The notes under the pieces: generated by a model
Database searches by the model: none
What the model saw: the letters and a program-made list of their open reading frames with translations, nothing else
What the model was told of the DNA's origin: nothing
In this document: piece by piece, positions 36,265-45,255 of the stretch
How positions within the stretch are numbered: the stretch's first letter is position 1
How the letters are laid out: every line of letters begins with the position of its first letter
Origin: Chthoniobacteraceae bacterium
GTDB taxonomy: Bacteria; Verrucomicrobiota; Verrucomicrobiia; Chthoniobacterales; Chthoniobacteraceae
DNA: 64,000 nucleotides
Assembly: GCA_044376515.1 (NCBI GenBank)
Contig: JBILKV010000002.1
Span: 1,209-65,208 of the forward strand
Direction of reading: 5' to 3'
Program-made: the position numbers and the translations under genes

Positions 36265-37580
36265 TGTGCGGCGAGGGCGATCTTATCCCAGGCTTCTGCG
36301 CGCGAACTCTTGGTCCCCATGGTCTGCTTGAGGAAGGTCATGAGCGGTTCGTACCGCTCAATGGCCATATCCACCTTGGGGCTGGACCCGCGCGCGTAAG
36401 CCCCGATGGTGATCAGGTCTTCGTTGCGTCTGTACACAGCCAGCAGATCCCGCGCCCGCGCGGACAAGTTATATTGAGATTCTGAACAAAGATCTCGAGT
36501 CAGACGGCTGACGCTCTCGAGGACGTCAATTGCCGGGAAGTGGTTTGCCGTCGCAAGTGCCCGCGTGAGAACGATATGTCCGTCCAAAATACCGCGGGTC
36601 GCATCCGCGATGGGCTCATTCATGTCGTCGCCCTCCACGAGAACCGTGTAGAAAGCTGTAATGGCACCGTGCTCCCCAGCCCCGGTCCGCTCCATCAACC
36701 TGGGCAGAAGGGCAAAAACGGAGGGGGTGTAGCCGCGGCTGCTCGGAGGCTCGCCGATGGCCAGTCCCACCTCCCGCTGCGCCATCGCAAAACGGGTCAC
36801 CGAATCCATCATAAAAAGCACCTGCTTGCCCGCGTCACGGAAGTACTCGGCGATCGCAGTCGCGGTGAAGGCGGCCCGGAGACGCACGAGGGCGGGCTGG
36901 TCCGATGTGGAAACCACGATTACGGAACGTTTTAGCCCCTCCTCTCCAAGGTCCTTCTCCACAAACTCGCGCAACTCACGGCCGCGCTCGCCCACCAGCG
37001 CGATCACGTTCACATCGCTCTCCGCCCCCCGGGCCATCATCCCCATGAGGGTGGACTTCCCCACGCCGCTCCCGGAAAAAATGCCCATTCGCTGGCCGCG
37101 GCCAACCGGGGTGAATACATCCAGCGCACGCACGCCGGTAGAAAGCGGTTCAAGAATACGCCTCCTCCGAAGGGGATGCGGAGGTTCGTTGTGGAGGGGA
37201 GCCAGGGGCATGGGCGGGAGGGGGCCCTTTCCATCGATCGGGCGCGCCATGCCGTCGAGGATGCGGCCCTGGAGCGCCGATCCGACGGGCACGCCAGTGG
37301 CATAGTTTGCCGTCGTCACCTCGGAACCCACCCGGATGTTGCTCATCTCCCCGAGGGGCATCAGCAGGAGCCTGTGCCCCCGAAACCCAACCACCTCGGC
37401 AAAGATCGGTTCCTCACCGGGAACGGAACTTACCTGGCAAACCTCGCCCAGCGACAAGTTCGGTCCGTCGGACTCCATCACCAAACCCGTCACCTGAACC
37501 ACGTGACCGATGCGCCGGGAGAGACGGCCACCGCGCAGACGCTCCGCCAAGCGATCGCCAGACCAGAAGTCAGTGCTCAT
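36261..37580 (-). CDS. fliI: flagellum-specific ATPase FliI
   Basis: 439 aa. Walker A GIFSGSGVGKSTL, Walker B VLFMMDSVTRFAMAQRE, ITAFYTVLVEGDDMNEPIAD. Confidence 0.95.
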   Translation of the reverse strand: MSTDFWSGDRLAERLRGGRLSRRIGHVVQVTGLVMESDGPNLSLGEVCQVSSVPGEEPIFAEVVGFRGHRLLLMPLGEMSNIRVGSEVTTANYATGVPVGSALQGRILDGMARPIDGKGPLPPMPLAPLHNEPPHPLRRRRILEPLSTGVRALDVFTPVGRGQRMGIFSGSGVGKSTLMGMMARGAESDVNVIALVGERGRELREFVEKDLGEEGLKRSVIVVSTSDQPALVRLRAAFTATAIAEYFRDAGKQVLFMMDSVTRFAMAQREVGLAIGEPPSSRGYTPSVFALLPRLMERTGAGEHGAITAFYTVLVEGDDMNEPIADATRGILDGHIVLTRALATANHFPAIDVLESVSRLTRDLCSESQYNLSARARDLLAVYRRNEDLITIGAYARGSSPKVDMAIERYEPLMTFLKQTMGTKSSRAEAWDKIALAAQ

Positions 37581-37625
37581 TTGCTCAAAACGTGTGGGCA
37601 GATCGGAAATGCGTGGATACGCGGC

Positions 37626-38213
37626 TTAGCTCAGCAGCCCCTCCACGGATTTGAGCTTCGAGGCGACACGGCCGTCCAGCACCCCGAAGCGCGTCTTTAC
37701 CACGCAATCCTTGGGCTGCAACTCACGGTTCTCCGTCAGATGGATGTTAGGAAATTTGTGGCGCAGTTCTTGGTCAAACCCGCTGACACGGGCGAGGTCC
37801 GCCGGACAGAGTTGGACTTCCACCGTGTCGGATCCGGGGGTGACATCCCCGAGCAGTTCATTGACGACGGACCGTACCAATTCGCCGCTGACCTCCACCC
37901 CGGCGATTACCCGGCCGGTCGCCTCGCTCACCAGTCTCGGAAGCAGCGCCCTGATCCGGTCGAGGGCATCCTCATGTCTTTCCGAAACCTTCGAAAGGGA
38001 GCCATCGATGACAGCCTTGGCGTCGGTGCGAAGCTTGGAAAGCTCTGCCTCCGCGGCATCTCTCGCCTCGGAAAACCCACGCTGGTAGGCGCCGCGAACG
38101 GCCTCGTCCAGTTCGTCGACCGTGTAGGTGAGGTTGTTCACCTGGCCGGGAAGACCGATGAACCTCAACGGTTCGGTGAACGTTATCGTGGACCGGGCTG
38201 CGACTTGGGTCAT
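37626..38213 (-). CDS. fliH: flagellar assembly protein FliH
   Basis: 195 aa from ATG 38213 (8 nt after the fliG stop). Charged helical N-half plus a FliH/NtpE-like C-domain (VEVQLCPADLARV...VVKTRFGVLDGRV). The longer ORF to 38699 runs out of frame through fliG and was rejected. Confidence 0.65.
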   Translation of the reverse strand: MTQVAARSTITFTEPLRFIGLPGQVNNLTYTVDELDEAVRGAYQRGFSEARDAAEAELSKLRTDAKAVIDGSLSKVSERHEDALDRIRALLPRLVSEATGRVIAGVEVSGELVRSVVNELLGDVTPGSDTVEVQLCPADLARVSGFDQELRHKFPNIHLTENRELQPKDCVVKTRFGVLDGRVASKLKSVEGLLS

Positions 38214-38221
38214 GGATCGTC

Positions 38222-39217
38222 TTAGCCTTCGCCGTCGAGTGAAATCTCCCCGGCCTCGTCGAGTTTGCGCGCAGCAGCGATCACGAGTTCCTGGGCCTTC
38301 TCGATGTCCTTGGCGCGCTGGGGCGGGAGCATGTCCACTTCCTCCATCACGCCGGCAGCCTGACGCTTCGACATGATCTTGTAGAAGGAGGCCACCGTCT
38401 CGGGCTTCGCCCCCTTGAATGCCTTCGCCAAGTCGCCGACGTCGACCTCCTTGAGCACCCTTTGCAGATCGCCGGGGAGCAGACGGGCCAGATCTTCGAA
38501 CCCAAACACTTTTTTGCGGATTGCGCTGCCCAGGTCCGCATTGCGGACATCCATCGCAGAAAGCAGCTCCTTCTTGGTTTCCTTGTCCAGGGAGTTGAGA
38601 ATGTCCGCACAGGCGTCCACTCCCCCTGTCTTCTGGATCCCCTGCTGGCTGCGGCGGTCGAAATGGCGCTGCAGATTCATCGAAACCTTCCTCACCCACT
38701 CGCGGGAGGTGGGCTCCATGGTACCCAAGCGTTCGATAACTTCTTCCCGCTGTTCGGCGGGCATCATCCGGACGACGTCCGCCGCCTTCTTGGAATCCAT
38801 GAAAGAAAGGATGAACGCAATGGTCTGCACCTGCTCGGCGCGCAGCAGGTTGTAGATCTGGCGACCGTCCATCTCAGAGACGCCGGCGTCCATATCAGAC
38901 AGTCTGGGCGGCGAAACACGATTCATCAGTTTCAGCGCCAAGTAGTCCCCCTTCGCTGCCTCGAGCGAAGACTGCGTGAAGAGCGGCCCCCCGATTGCCG
39001 CCTGAATCGCCTCGAAGACAACCGAGGAGAATTCCTCGAGAATCGAATCCCGGAGGGAGGGATCCACATACGGAATGGCCACCATCTCGCGTGCGACAGA
39101 CTCCAATTGTTCCGCGTTGAAATGCCGTAGCAATTCTCCGGCCGTCTCCGGCCCTAGCAGGATGAGGAAGGCCGCCAGTTTCTGCGTGCGGTTGAGGCTT
39201 GAGTAGGCTGCTGTCAT
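38222..39217 (-). CDS. fliG: flagellar motor switch protein FliG
   Basis: 331 aa. KLAAFLILLGPE, MNRVSPPRLSDMD, FGFEDLARL, LSAMDVRNA, and a C-terminal torque-helix region. Confidence 0.9.
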   Translation of the reverse strand: MTAAYSSLNRTQKLAAFLILLGPETAGELLRHFNAEQLESVAREMVAIPYVDPSLRDSILEEFSSVVFEAIQAAIGGPLFTQSSLEAAKGDYLALKLMNRVSPPRLSDMDAGVSEMDGRQIYNLLRAEQVQTIAFILSFMDSKKAADVVRMMPAEQREEVIERLGTMEPTSREWVRKVSMNLQRHFDRRSQQGIQKTGGVDACADILNSLDKETKKELLSAMDVRNADLGSAIRKKVFGFEDLARLLPGDLQRVLKEVDVGDLAKAFKGAKPETVASFYKIMSKRQAAGVMEEVDMLPPQRAKDIEKAQELVIAAARKLDEAGEISLDGEG

Positions 39218-39282
39218 GGTTTCCGGTGGAAGTGGTTGGAGTTCCCCCTGTTGAAGGATTGGTTGCAGTTCCTCGCGGGGGC

Positions 39283-40866
39283 CTAGCCAGCCCCGTTGCC
39301 CTTATCGGTTTCCATCCAACTGCGAAGGGCGGCTCCGATGTTCTCGGGCTTCCGCCGGATCATGTCGTTGATGAGGTCCACCGTGACCGGTTGCGGTGCC
39401 GCAAAATTGTTCTGTTGTCCCCCTGGAAGCGACCCCACGGGCTCAGCTTCGGTCTGCGCGGAGAGCATTTCCATCGGGATTTCATCCGGCTTGGTCCTCC
39501 TCAGCATCCGCACGAAGGCCCCAAACAGCAGCACCGCAACGAGCACCGCACCAGCGTCGCGCAACAAATCGGAGTTCCGCGCCAGCATGTCCACGATTCC
39601 CTGGTCAGATACGGGAAGCTCCGAGAAAGGCATCTCTTCAATTGATACCACCCGCTTCAACTCATCCTCCGTACCCTTCACACCCAGCGCGTTGGCAACC
39701 ATCCCACGGAGCATCGCCTTGCGGTCTTCCGTCTTTTTCTCGGCCTTCTTTGCGTCTTTTTCCTGCGCGTTGGCCGGGTCTGGCGCAACGACCACAGCCG
39801 CAGTGAGACGGGAGACGCTCCCAGGCGCCTTCACCGAGTTGAGCACCACCTTGTTGATCTCGAAGGTCGTGGTCTTGTTCTTCTTCTGCTGGTCGCTTGT
39901 CTTGCTGTTGTTCTTGCCACCCCCGTCCGTATTCAGGTTGGCGGTTGCCCCCACGGGCGCCGCTCCGGGCTCAGACTCATTGGTGACCAGCGTGTCATCC
40001 GTGGTAGTCTCGTTCCGGATCACCTGACCATCCGGATCAAACTTTTCCTCACTCCGGGTGAGCGCCTCGGACTCCAGTTCCGCGGAGACGCGCACCACGG
40101 CTTTCCCGGGCCCAAGAACACGCGCTAACATTGTCTCAACCTTCGAGGCAAAGTAGTCCTCAACATTCTTGCGGAGACGCATCTGCCCGGTCGCCGCCCC
40201 CAATACAGGGTCGTCTTTGAGACTCTCCGTCAGGTTCTGGCCCCGGTTGTCCACGATCGAAACATCTTCCGCCTTCAGTCCTTCCACCGAGTTGGCGACA
40301 AGAAACCGCACGGAATTCACCTGTTCCGTCGAAAGCGACCCCTCGATGAAGACTGAAGCGGTCGGCTTGGTCCGCACATCCGTAAACAGAAGCTTGTTTT
40401 CCGGAATGACCACCAGTACGCGGGCGCTCCGGACCCCCTGCAACTGCGAGATGGTCCGTCCCAACTCGCCCTGCAGCGCCCGGTTGTAGTTTGTGCGCTG
40501 AATGAAATCGGAGACCCCGAAATTGCCGCGGTCGAAGATTTCAAAACCCACGCCCTCCCCTGAGGGAATCCCCTTGGCAGCGAGGCTCATGCGGACCTTA
40601 TGGACCTGGTCCGAGGGCACGTAGATGGCGGTGCCTGCCCCCCCCATCTCGCTTTTCACCCCGAGTTCCTGAATGGAGGCCATCACCGAGGTGACATCCT
40701 TGGGACTCAGCCGTCCGTAAAGAAGCTGCATTTGGGGGCGCTGCGACCAGGCAATCAGCCCAACCATTCCAGCCAAGACAGCCACGCCGGTCACTGAGAG
40801 GGTCACGCGCTGGTTCAATCCCAGTTGTGACCACAATTGCCGCAGTTGTTGAAGAAGCGAATTCAT
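39283..40866 (-). CDS. fliF: flagellar MS-ring protein FliF
   Basis: 527 aa. N-terminal TM, YNRALQGELGRTISQLQGVRSARVLVVIPE, TASVFIE, and a C-terminal TM plus FliG-binding tail. Confidence 0.9.
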   Translation of the reverse strand: MNSLLQQLRQLWSQLGLNQRVTLSVTGVAVLAGMVGLIAWSQRPQMQLLYGRLSPKDVTSVMASIQELGVKSEMGGAGTAIYVPSDQVHKVRMSLAAKGIPSGEGVGFEIFDRGNFGVSDFIQRTNYNRALQGELGRTISQLQGVRSARVLVVIPENKLLFTDVRTKPTASVFIEGSLSTEQVNSVRFLVANSVEGLKAEDVSIVDNRGQNLTESLKDDPVLGAATGQMRLRKNVEDYFASKVETMLARVLGPGKAVVRVSAELESEALTRSEEKFDPDGQVIRNETTTDDTLVTNESEPGAAPVGATANLNTDGGGKNNSKTSDQQKKNKTTTFEINKVVLNSVKAPGSVSRLTAAVVVAPDPANAQEKDAKKAEKKTEDRKAMLRGMVANALGVKGTEDELKRVVSIEEMPFSELPVSDQGIVDMLARNSDLLRDAGAVLVAVLLFGAFVRMLRRTKPDEIPMEMLSAQTEAEPVGSLPGGQQNNFAAPQPVTVDLINDMIRRKPENIGAALRSWMETDKGNGAG

Positions 40867-40891
40867 TCGTCAGTCCCTAGTCACAGCCGCA

Positions 40892-41272
40892 TCAGACCTG
40901 CATCCGGAGCATTTCCTGGTACGATTCCACCAGTTTATTACGGACCTCCACCATCAGAGAGAAAGCCAGGCCGGCCTCCGATGCTGCGATCGTCGCCTGA
41001 TGCAGATTGTTGGTCTCCCCAGTCAACACCTTTTGCTTCTCGACCTCGGCCGCCCGCATCTTACCCTCCACCTCGGTCACCGCCTTGTTCAAAAAAGAGG
41101 AGAACTCCGCGCGCATCGCGCCGCCAACGCCAAGGGAGGGAGAAGCCACTCCCAGACCGGGTCCCTTGATCCCCGCGGCCATTCCAGGCGCGAGCGACCC
41201 AGACATTTCTTCGAGCTTCTGAAGCGGGTTCATTTCGTTCGGTGAGACACCCGGAAGAGGTCCAATACGCAT
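40892..41272 (-). CDS. fliE: flagellar hook-basal body complex protein FliE
   Basis: C-terminus NNLHQATIAASEAGLAFSLMVEVRNKLVESYQEMLRMQV is the FliE signature. An alternative start is ATG 41233. Confidence 0.75.
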   Translation of the reverse strand: MRIGPLPGVSPNEMNPLQKLEEMSGSLAPGMAAGIKGPGLGVASPSLGVGGAMRAEFSSFLNKAVTEVEGKMRAAEVEKQKVLTGETNNLHQATIAASEAGLAFSLMVEVRNKLVESYQEMLRMQV

Positions 41273-41281
41273 AAATCAAAA

Positions 41282-41689
41282 CTATTTGCCAATCGTTAAA
41301 GCCTTGAGCGCGAGGGAACGGGAGTTCCGCGCCACGCTTAAATTCGCCTCGTACGCGCGGGACGCTGCCATCAGGTCCACCATTTCCACAGGCAACTGGA
41401 CATTCGGCATCTGCACAAGCCCATCCGGACCAGCGTGCGGGTGACCCGGCATGTGAATCACCTCGCCGGGCTTCTGGTCCTCGGAAACTTTCCCAATCCG
41501 GACCCCGTGCTCGGATTTCTCATTCCCCGCAAGCACCGATTCAAACGTCACCATCCGGCGCTTGTAAGGTCCGCCATTGACGTCCTTGGTCGTGTAGGCG
41601 TTGGCAATATTCTGAGCAACGATGTCCATGCGGACCTGCTCCGCGGTGAGCGCACTGGACGTTGCGTTAATTCCAGAAAGAAAATTCAT
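41282..41689 (-). CDS. flgC: flagellar basal-body rod protein FlgC
   Basis: 135 aa. VRMDIVAQNIANAYTT, GPYKRR, VQLPVEMVDLMAASRAYEANLSV. Confidence 0.9.
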   Translation of the reverse strand: MNFLSGINATSSALTAEQVRMDIVAQNIANAYTTKDVNGGPYKRRMVTFESVLAGNEKSEHGVRIGKVSEDQKPGEVIHMPGHPHAGPDGLVQMPNVQLPVEMVDLMAASRAYEANLSVARNSRSLALKALTIGK

Positions 41690-41764
41690 GTCGTATGATA
41701 AACTGAAGTTTGCTGGGTAGCCTTAACCCTCGGAGGACCAACGGGTTCGTTACACTCTGCCGCA

Positions 41765-42142
41765 CTACTGACTTCTCCCCGTGATTGCCATCTTCAAGGT
41801 CCGCATCGACCCGCTGACAAAATCAACGAGGGCTTCGTACTCCGACGCGTTCTTGCCCATGCCAAGCAGTTCGTCCTGCAAAACGACGTTGTTCCCGTCC
41901 TTGCGCTGCGACGGGCTCATCAAGTCCTTCGATGCGGCTGGCATCTGAACCTTCGAGAGATTGCCGGCCTTCAGGGCCTCGTTGAAGACCTTGTTGAAGT
42001 CCCCGCTGACGTGGAGGCGCTTAAAGCCGGGAGTCTCCAGATTTGCAATGTTGGAGGCAAAGATTTCCTGACGCATCGTAGACACGTCCATCATCAGCTT
42101 GGACGCGTCGTAGCTCGGGAGTGCAAAAATTTGATCGATCAT
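41765..42142 (-). CDS. flgB: flagellar basal-body rod protein FlgB
   Basis: 125 aa. RQEIFASNIANLETPGFK, NNVVLQDELLGMGKNASEYEALV. Confidence 0.85.
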   Translation of the reverse strand: MIDQIFALPSYDASKLMMDVSTMRQEIFASNIANLETPGFKRLHVSGDFNKVFNEALKAGNLSKVQMPAASKDLMSPSQRKDGNNVVLQDELLGMGKNASEYEALVDFVSGSMRTLKMAITGRSQ

Positions 42143-42204
42143 GGAGCGAATATCACCTTCCTAACAAGCAATGCTCATGCCACCGGAAGCTTGTCGGCCC
42201 GATT

Positions 42205-42693
42205 TCAGCGAAGGGCTGTTCCCTGAACCATCTGGAGGGGTAGCACCAGCGGCGCCTGAGTGGCACTATTTGCCGCGGCAACCCCCGCAGCGGCTTGAAC
42301 CGCGGAAGCGGAGTAGACCGCCTGAGCCAATTCACGCGTGGCGCTCCCCAATTGAACGGCAACGGGTCCGGCGCTTGTACGCAGAGAGAGGGAACCGTCC
42401 GGACGCAGTTCCAAGCCGGTTACCGATCCGGGAGGCTGGCTGTAGATCGCCGCCTCGACTTCCGGACGCTGCATCAGGCGCTGACGAAGGTCCGCCACCT
42501 GCTGCTGGCCCGCCTGCCTCTCCCGGGAACCTCCGGCCTTGTTCAGGGCGCGCTCGAACTCCTTGGGTTCCAGCATAACGTTGCCGGAAGGGGAGGAACT
42601 GTGACCGGAGACCTTGCGGATGAGAACGCCGGCTAGCGAGGCTGCGCCGGATGCGACAATCGGATTCATGCTTCCTGATAGAGCAGGGAACAT
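42205..42693 (-). CDS. hypothetical protein immediately upstream of flgB
   Basis: 162-aa ORF with coding-like codon bias, same strand, 62 nt before flgB and 18 nt after the HD-GYP gene. A/S/G-rich. No motif recognised. Confidence 0.5.
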   Translation of the reverse strand: MFPALSGSMNPIVASGAASLAGVLIRKVSGHSSSPSGNVMLEPKEFERALNKAGGSRERQAGQQQVADLRQRLMQRPEVEAAIYSQPPGSVTGLELRPDGSLSLRTSAGPVAVQLGSATRELAQAVYSASAVQAAAGVAAANSATQAPLVLPLQMVQGTALR

Positions 42694-42711
42694 GCCAAAC
42701 GGCGCGTCGGA

Positions 42712-43986
42712 TTAGGTGTAAACCATCAAGCGCTCCGTCACGAGATTGAGCCGGTTGTGGTTGACAAGTTTCAGAACGGCCAGCTCGGAAAGCTCCTGCC
42801 CCTCGGGAATCAGAAGCATCCCGGAAGGGGTTACAATTCCGCGGGCCAGCTGCATCCCGGGCTTCAGATCCGTCAACAGCACCTCCGTCACATTCCTTGG
42901 CAGATCGGACAGTTTGGAGGTCCGGAAAAACAAGCGGACCGCTTCCGGATCAAAACCCTTGCCGGATTCTTCCTGCAGGTATTCGGAGGCCTGCTCCTTG
43001 GGCATGCCCGACTGCACGAACGCAACGGCCACCGCCAGACAACGTGCCGTCCATGGGATACTCTCGCCCGCATGACCGTCGGGATAGCCCGAGCCGTCGA
43101 AGCGCTCGTGATGGGCGCGGATTGTCGTCCCCACCTCCTGGAGTTGGTCCACAAAAGCCGCCAGCGTCTGCCCGATAACCGGGTGGTACCGCAGCAGCGC
43201 ATGTTCCTCCGGCGTACAGGCTTCCGGCCGTGTGAACAGTTTGTGGAGCAGCGCCCGGTCCAGGGCCACCAGTCCGATGTCGTAAATCCACGCGCTCGTC
43301 ATCAGCACGTGCCGTTCGGTTTCGGTAAAATACTCCGTCGCCGCCATCGCCCGGCAAATTTCCACCACCGCCTGAGCCTGCTTGCCCAGAAGCGGATAGA
43401 AAGTGCTGATCAGACGAAAGCACAGCCCGAGGGAATGCTCAAAGTTTTGCCTCAGCGCGTCGTGGGCGCGGTCGATCGAGTCCCTCTGCTCGGTCACCAG
43501 TTCCAGGTTCTGCTGGAGTTTTTCGTTGGCCGCCGCAAGCTGGAGGTTCAGCTCCCGGGTTGCCTCGTTCAACCGCCGGTTCTCCACGAGCAGGGCGTAC
43601 CGCTGCACCGCATTTTCAACGGTGGCAACCACCTCGCCGCGGCTCCAGGGTTTCGCGATGAACCGGAAGATTTCTCCGGTGTTGATCGCGCCGATCAGCG
43701 TGTCCACCTGCAGCATCCCAGTGATGAGCAACCGGGAGGCGTCAGGCTGCAGCGAGCGCGTTTTCTCAAGCAACTGGAGGCCGTTCATGCCCGGCATGTG
43801 CTGGTCGGAAATCACCGCCGCAAAAGATTGCCGCTCCAGATGAACCAGCGCCTGCTCAGCGTTCCCACAACACACCAAAGTGTAATCGACGCTCTGTAGC
43901 GTGGCGCCAAGAGCCGCCAGTACGTCGGCATCGTCGTCGACAATGAGAATATGTTGTGAGTGAGACAGTTCCTTGTTCATGTTCAT
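42712..43986 (-). CDS. response regulator: REC + coiled coil + HD-GYP domain (HD dyad reads YD)
   Basis: 424 aa. REC: ILIVDDD, phospho-acceptor in AAVISDQHMPGMNG, LLITG, AKPW. HD-GYP: HHERFDGSGYPDG is intact, but the usual LHDIGK block reads IYDIGL. Confidence 0.8.
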   Translation of the reverse strand: MNMNKELSHSQHILIVDDDADVLAALGATLQSVDYTLVCCGNAEQALVHLERQSFAAVISDQHMPGMNGLQLLEKTRSLQPDASRLLITGMLQVDTLIGAINTGEIFRFIAKPWSRGEVVATVENAVQRYALLVENRRLNEATRELNLQLAAANEKLQQNLELVTEQRDSIDRAHDALRQNFEHSLGLCFRLISTFYPLLGKQAQAVVEICRAMAATEYFTETERHVLMTSAWIYDIGLVALDRALLHKLFTRPEACTPEEHALLRYHPVIGQTLAAFVDQLQEVGTTIRAHHERFDGSGYPDGHAGESIPWTARCLAVAVAFVQSGMPKEQASEYLQEESGKGFDPEAVRLFFRTSKLSDLPRNVTEVLLTDLKPGMQLARGIVTPSGMLLIPEGQELSELAVLKLVNHNRLNLVTERLMVYT

Positions 43987-43995
43987 TAGGGCGCG

Positions 43996-44406
43996 CTATC
44001 CTTCGGCAATGGGCGGGCGCTGCCCGTCCTCATCAGCGTACGCATCTTTTAGGGAACGCAAACGTCTCTGACCAGTCGAAAGCCCGGCCAGCTCTTCCCG
44101 GATCTGCATTGCACCCTGCCGGGCCACCTCCTCGTTACGCCGCTCCGCCCACTCCAACTCCTGCAACCGGGACGCGAGCGTCGGGTTGGTCCGGTCAATG
44201 CCCAAGCGCCTGCCTAGGCCAACCAACCGCACGAAGTCCGACCTCTTGGCCTCGTGGAGAATCTCCAGCGAATTGAAGTCCCTTGCCTCAAGCGCCTGAG
44301 CCTCCAGCCTTGTGGTGCGCTCAATCGCTTCGAGTAGCGCCCAAAACACATTGGAACCCGACTGCCTCGGCCTGCGCGGTTGAGCCATAACCCTCCGCAG
44401 ATTCAT
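43996..44406 (-). CDS. FlgN-like flagellar export chaperone (tentative)
   Basis: 136-aa helical protein. LLEAIERTTRLEAQALEARDFNSLEILHEAKRSDFVRL matches the FlgN family pattern by eye. Lies directly after fliS. Confidence 0.45.
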   Translation of the reverse strand: MNLRRVMAQPRRPRQSGSNVFWALLEAIERTTRLEAQALEARDFNSLEILHEAKRSDFVRLVGLGRRLGIDRTNPTLASRLQELEWAERRNEEVARQGAMQIREELAGLSTGQRRLRSLKDAYADEDGQRPPIAEG

Positions 44407-44455
44407 TCAAACCCCGCAGCCCCTGATGCACAGTCGGGGACCCATAAAAACTCAC

Positions 44456-44857
44456 CTAAACGCCCGAGGTTGGCGCCGACCGCAGCATTTCCTCCCAAGC
44501 GTCTCGGATATCCTGGAGCATCTCCCTCACCGGCCCCAGTCCTTCCTGACTCTTTTTCACGTTCGCCTCGAATATACGGTCGAGCATGAATCCATACAAG
44601 GCGTACATCCGTTCTCCGAACTCTGTCTCAACCTCTAGGTCGAGGGACTGCTGGAGTTCACGGAGAATCTCATGAGCGCGCATTAGGCCGTTGTGGATTT
44701 CCTCGTTGCGCTTCACAAAGTTTTCCTGAGCGAAGCCGTACTCGGCGCGCCCCAAGGCCTGCAAAACGCCATCGTAAAGCATCAAAACCAACAATCCCGG
44801 GCTCGCCGTATTCACGGCGGCCTCTTTGTAGATCTGAACCGATTGCGCTTCCTGCAT
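44456..44857 (-). CDS. fliS: flagellar export chaperone FliS
   Basis: 133 aa. YKEAAVNTASPGLLVLMLYDGVLQAL and the four-helix-bundle pattern of FliS. Confidence 0.8.
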   Translation of the reverse strand: MQEAQSVQIYKEAAVNTASPGLLVLMLYDGVLQALGRAEYGFAQENFVKRNEEIHNGLMRAHEILRELQQSLDLEVETEFGERMYALYGFMLDRIFEANVKKSQEGLGPVREMLQDIRDAWEEMLRSAPTSGV

Positions 44858-44880
44858 GAAAAGCCACCCAGATTACCGAC

Positions 44881-45183
44881 CTAGGAACCACTCAGCAGCC
44901 TGGAGGCGACCGCCTCCATCACTGTATCCGCGGGATAACCTTTACTGTTCGCCAGTTCGTTGCCCCGCGAGACCGCATCCATCCGCATGTACTCGTCGGC
45001 CCTCATTGAACGAACCAGACGAGAAATCACCCCGGGCGGGCTGAACACGTTCTGGTCTTCAGTGCTCCGCACTTTTCGGGCCTGCACCATGGCGCGGACC
45101 GGAACGGGAGGAGCAGGATTGACCTGCGCTGCGGGCGGGGTGGGAAGTCCCACACCGACGGGACGAACTGATTGGATGCTCAT
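44881..45183 (-). CDS. FlgM-like anti-sigma-28 factor (tentative)
   Basis: 100 aa, with a disordered Pro-rich N-half starting MSIQSVRPV. C-terminal MRMDAVSRGNELANSKGYPADTVMEAVASRLL fits the FlgM C-terminal helix pattern by eye. FlaG is an alternative. Confidence 0.45.
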   Translation of the reverse strand: MSIQSVRPVGVGLPTPPAAQVNPAPPVPVRAMVQARKVRSTEDQNVFSPPGVISRLVRSMRADEYMRMDAVSRGNELANSKGYPADTVMEAVASRLLSGS

Positions 45184-45255
45184 GCCTCTTAGATCGGATA
45201 AACGTTCGAAAACCTTTAGTGAAACTCGCAGTTTCCCAGCGGAGTTGGCGCCGGG

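Noticed and set aside
38214-38699. Upstream half of ORF 37626..38699 (would make FliH 357 aa)
   Set aside because: It runs through the fliG coding region in another frame and is Arg/Gly-rich. ATG 38213, 8 nt after the fliG stop, starts the FliH-like sequence.
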